Positions 63,295-64,000 of a stretch of DNA of 64,000 bases are shown here, one piece after another. Position 1 is the first letter of the stretch. Each line of letters opens with the position of its first letter. Made by a program: the position numbers and the translations under genes. The notes beneath the pieces are model-generated. The model saw only the letters and a list, made by a program, of their open reading frames with translations, was not told the origin of the DNA and made no database searches. This stretch comes from Planctomycetota bacterium. GTDB taxonomy: Bacteria; Planctomycetota; UBA1135; UBA2386. The stretch covers positions 42,235 through 106,234 of the forward strand of contig JBNMNW010000001.1 of assembly GCA_051278165.1 (NCBI GenBank). Direction: 5' to 3'.

Positions 63295-64000
63295 TGCGTT
63301 CGGCCAGTAACTGGCAGTAGAGCTCGCGAGTGCGCTCGGCAGCGACACTCGGATTCATATCCAACTGCGTGCGCCGCAACGCTGCCGCGCCGCAGTCAGC
63401 ACGCAGCGACGAATCACTGAGCAAACGTAGCAACGCACCACCTAGTGCACGGTCGGTTTCTTCGACAGCGAAGCCTGGCACTTCGCTGCGGCGCCGCTCA
63501 GCCAGCAACTCCGGTAGGATCCCACGCTGCGTCGACACGACGGGCTTGCCGAATGCCATCGCATCGCAAACCGCGCGGCACGTGCCATCGCTTCCGGGCA
63601 CCAGAAACAAGAATGCGTCGAGTGCGCGCAGCGCCTCATCGTATGCCGGACCCTTTTGGTAACCCGGTAACACCACGTTGTCGGCGATGCCCAACTCGGC
63701 GATTGGCTTGTGCACCAATGCCTCCGTGTCTTCGTCGTTGCCGCGACCGAGCAATACAAACCTCACATTGGGCAATTGCTCGCGCACATAGCGGACCGTC
63801 TGCCACAACAGTTCGAAGCGGCGATGCGGCTGAATGCGTGCCGTGATGCCAACGACCAGATGGTCTGCGCTAAGTCCCCAGCGGCCGCGCGCATCAGGAC
63901 CTTCGAGCGCGCGTGGCTCGGTCACGGGTTCTTGCAACAGCACCCGGTCCTCGCGAATCGAGAAGCGACGCGCGACGCCAACTTGTGCCGGCACCGTCGG
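63287..64000 (-). CDS. GT-B (group 1 / GT4-like) glycosyltransferase, 3' part (5' end beyond window)
   Basis: VGITARIQPHRRFELL...VRFVLLGRGNDED...NVVLPGYQ...LDAFLFLVPGSDGTCRAVCDAMAFGKPVVST is the typical C-terminal Rossmann half of group-1 glycosyltransferases. The reading frame stays open to the window edge. Confidence 0.8.
   Translation of the reverse strand, partial: PTVPAQVGVARRFSIREDRVLLQEPVTEPRALEGPDARGRWGLSADHLVVGITARIQPHRRFELLWQTVRYVREQLPNVRFVLLGRGNDEDTEALVHKPIAELGIADNVVLPGYQKGPAYDEALRALDAFLFLVPGSDGTCRAVCDAMAFGKPVVSTQRGILPELLAERRRSEVPGFAVEETDRALGGALLRLLSDSSLRADCGAAALRRTQLDMNPSVAAERTRELYCQLLAERNA

Overview
High-GC (about 60-65% from hand counts of a few lines), densely coding bacterial chromosomal segment. 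I call about 55 protein genes, and many same-strand junctions overlap start and stop codons (ATGA, GTGA or TGATG). I saw no rRNA, tRNA, CRISPR array, transposase or integrase. The gene content suggests a diderm heterotroph, possibly planctomycete-like; this is inference only. That content includes BamD-like and LptE-like lipoproteins, an LPS-kinase and glycosyltransferase cluster, secreted HEAT, LamG and prenyltransferase-repeat proteins, and a sigma-54 activator.

Main points:
1. A compact six-gene minus-strand operon (51833->45308) encodes a xanthorhodopsin/Gloeobacter-rhodopsin-clade proton-pump opsin (DTE motif) followed by crtE-crtI-crtB-crtY-blh. This is a self-contained retinal-based photosystem. 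The opsin carries Trp at the carotenoid-antenna position.
2. A near-consensus sigma-54 promoter and two upstream palindromic repeats lie between a GAF-domain sigma-54 activator with a 4-Cys motif and a three-gene module (small membrane protein, AhpD-like CxxC protein, secreted Asp-nucleophile alpha/beta hydrolase).
3. The only canonical intrinsic terminator in the window sits alone in a 640-bp non-coding gap, making that gap a candidate sRNA locus.
4. Short tandem repeats are unusually frequent (units of 6-21 bp, most often 15 bp). They occur at protein termini and in 5' regions of sugar and LPS genes. One 17-bp repeat builds a relay of mini-ORFs ending in a gene start.
5. Gene remnants are present: a 5'-truncated alpha/beta hydrolase and an orphan DUF4351 fragment. 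An ATL-type (Cys-less) MGMT homolog is also present.

Housekeeping genes recognised: ispG, recO, purE, purK, hutI, a glutamate formimidoyltransferase, an AceE-like E1 and apbE. All the parts belong to known families. What may be new is context and combination, and none of it can be confirmed without database searches.
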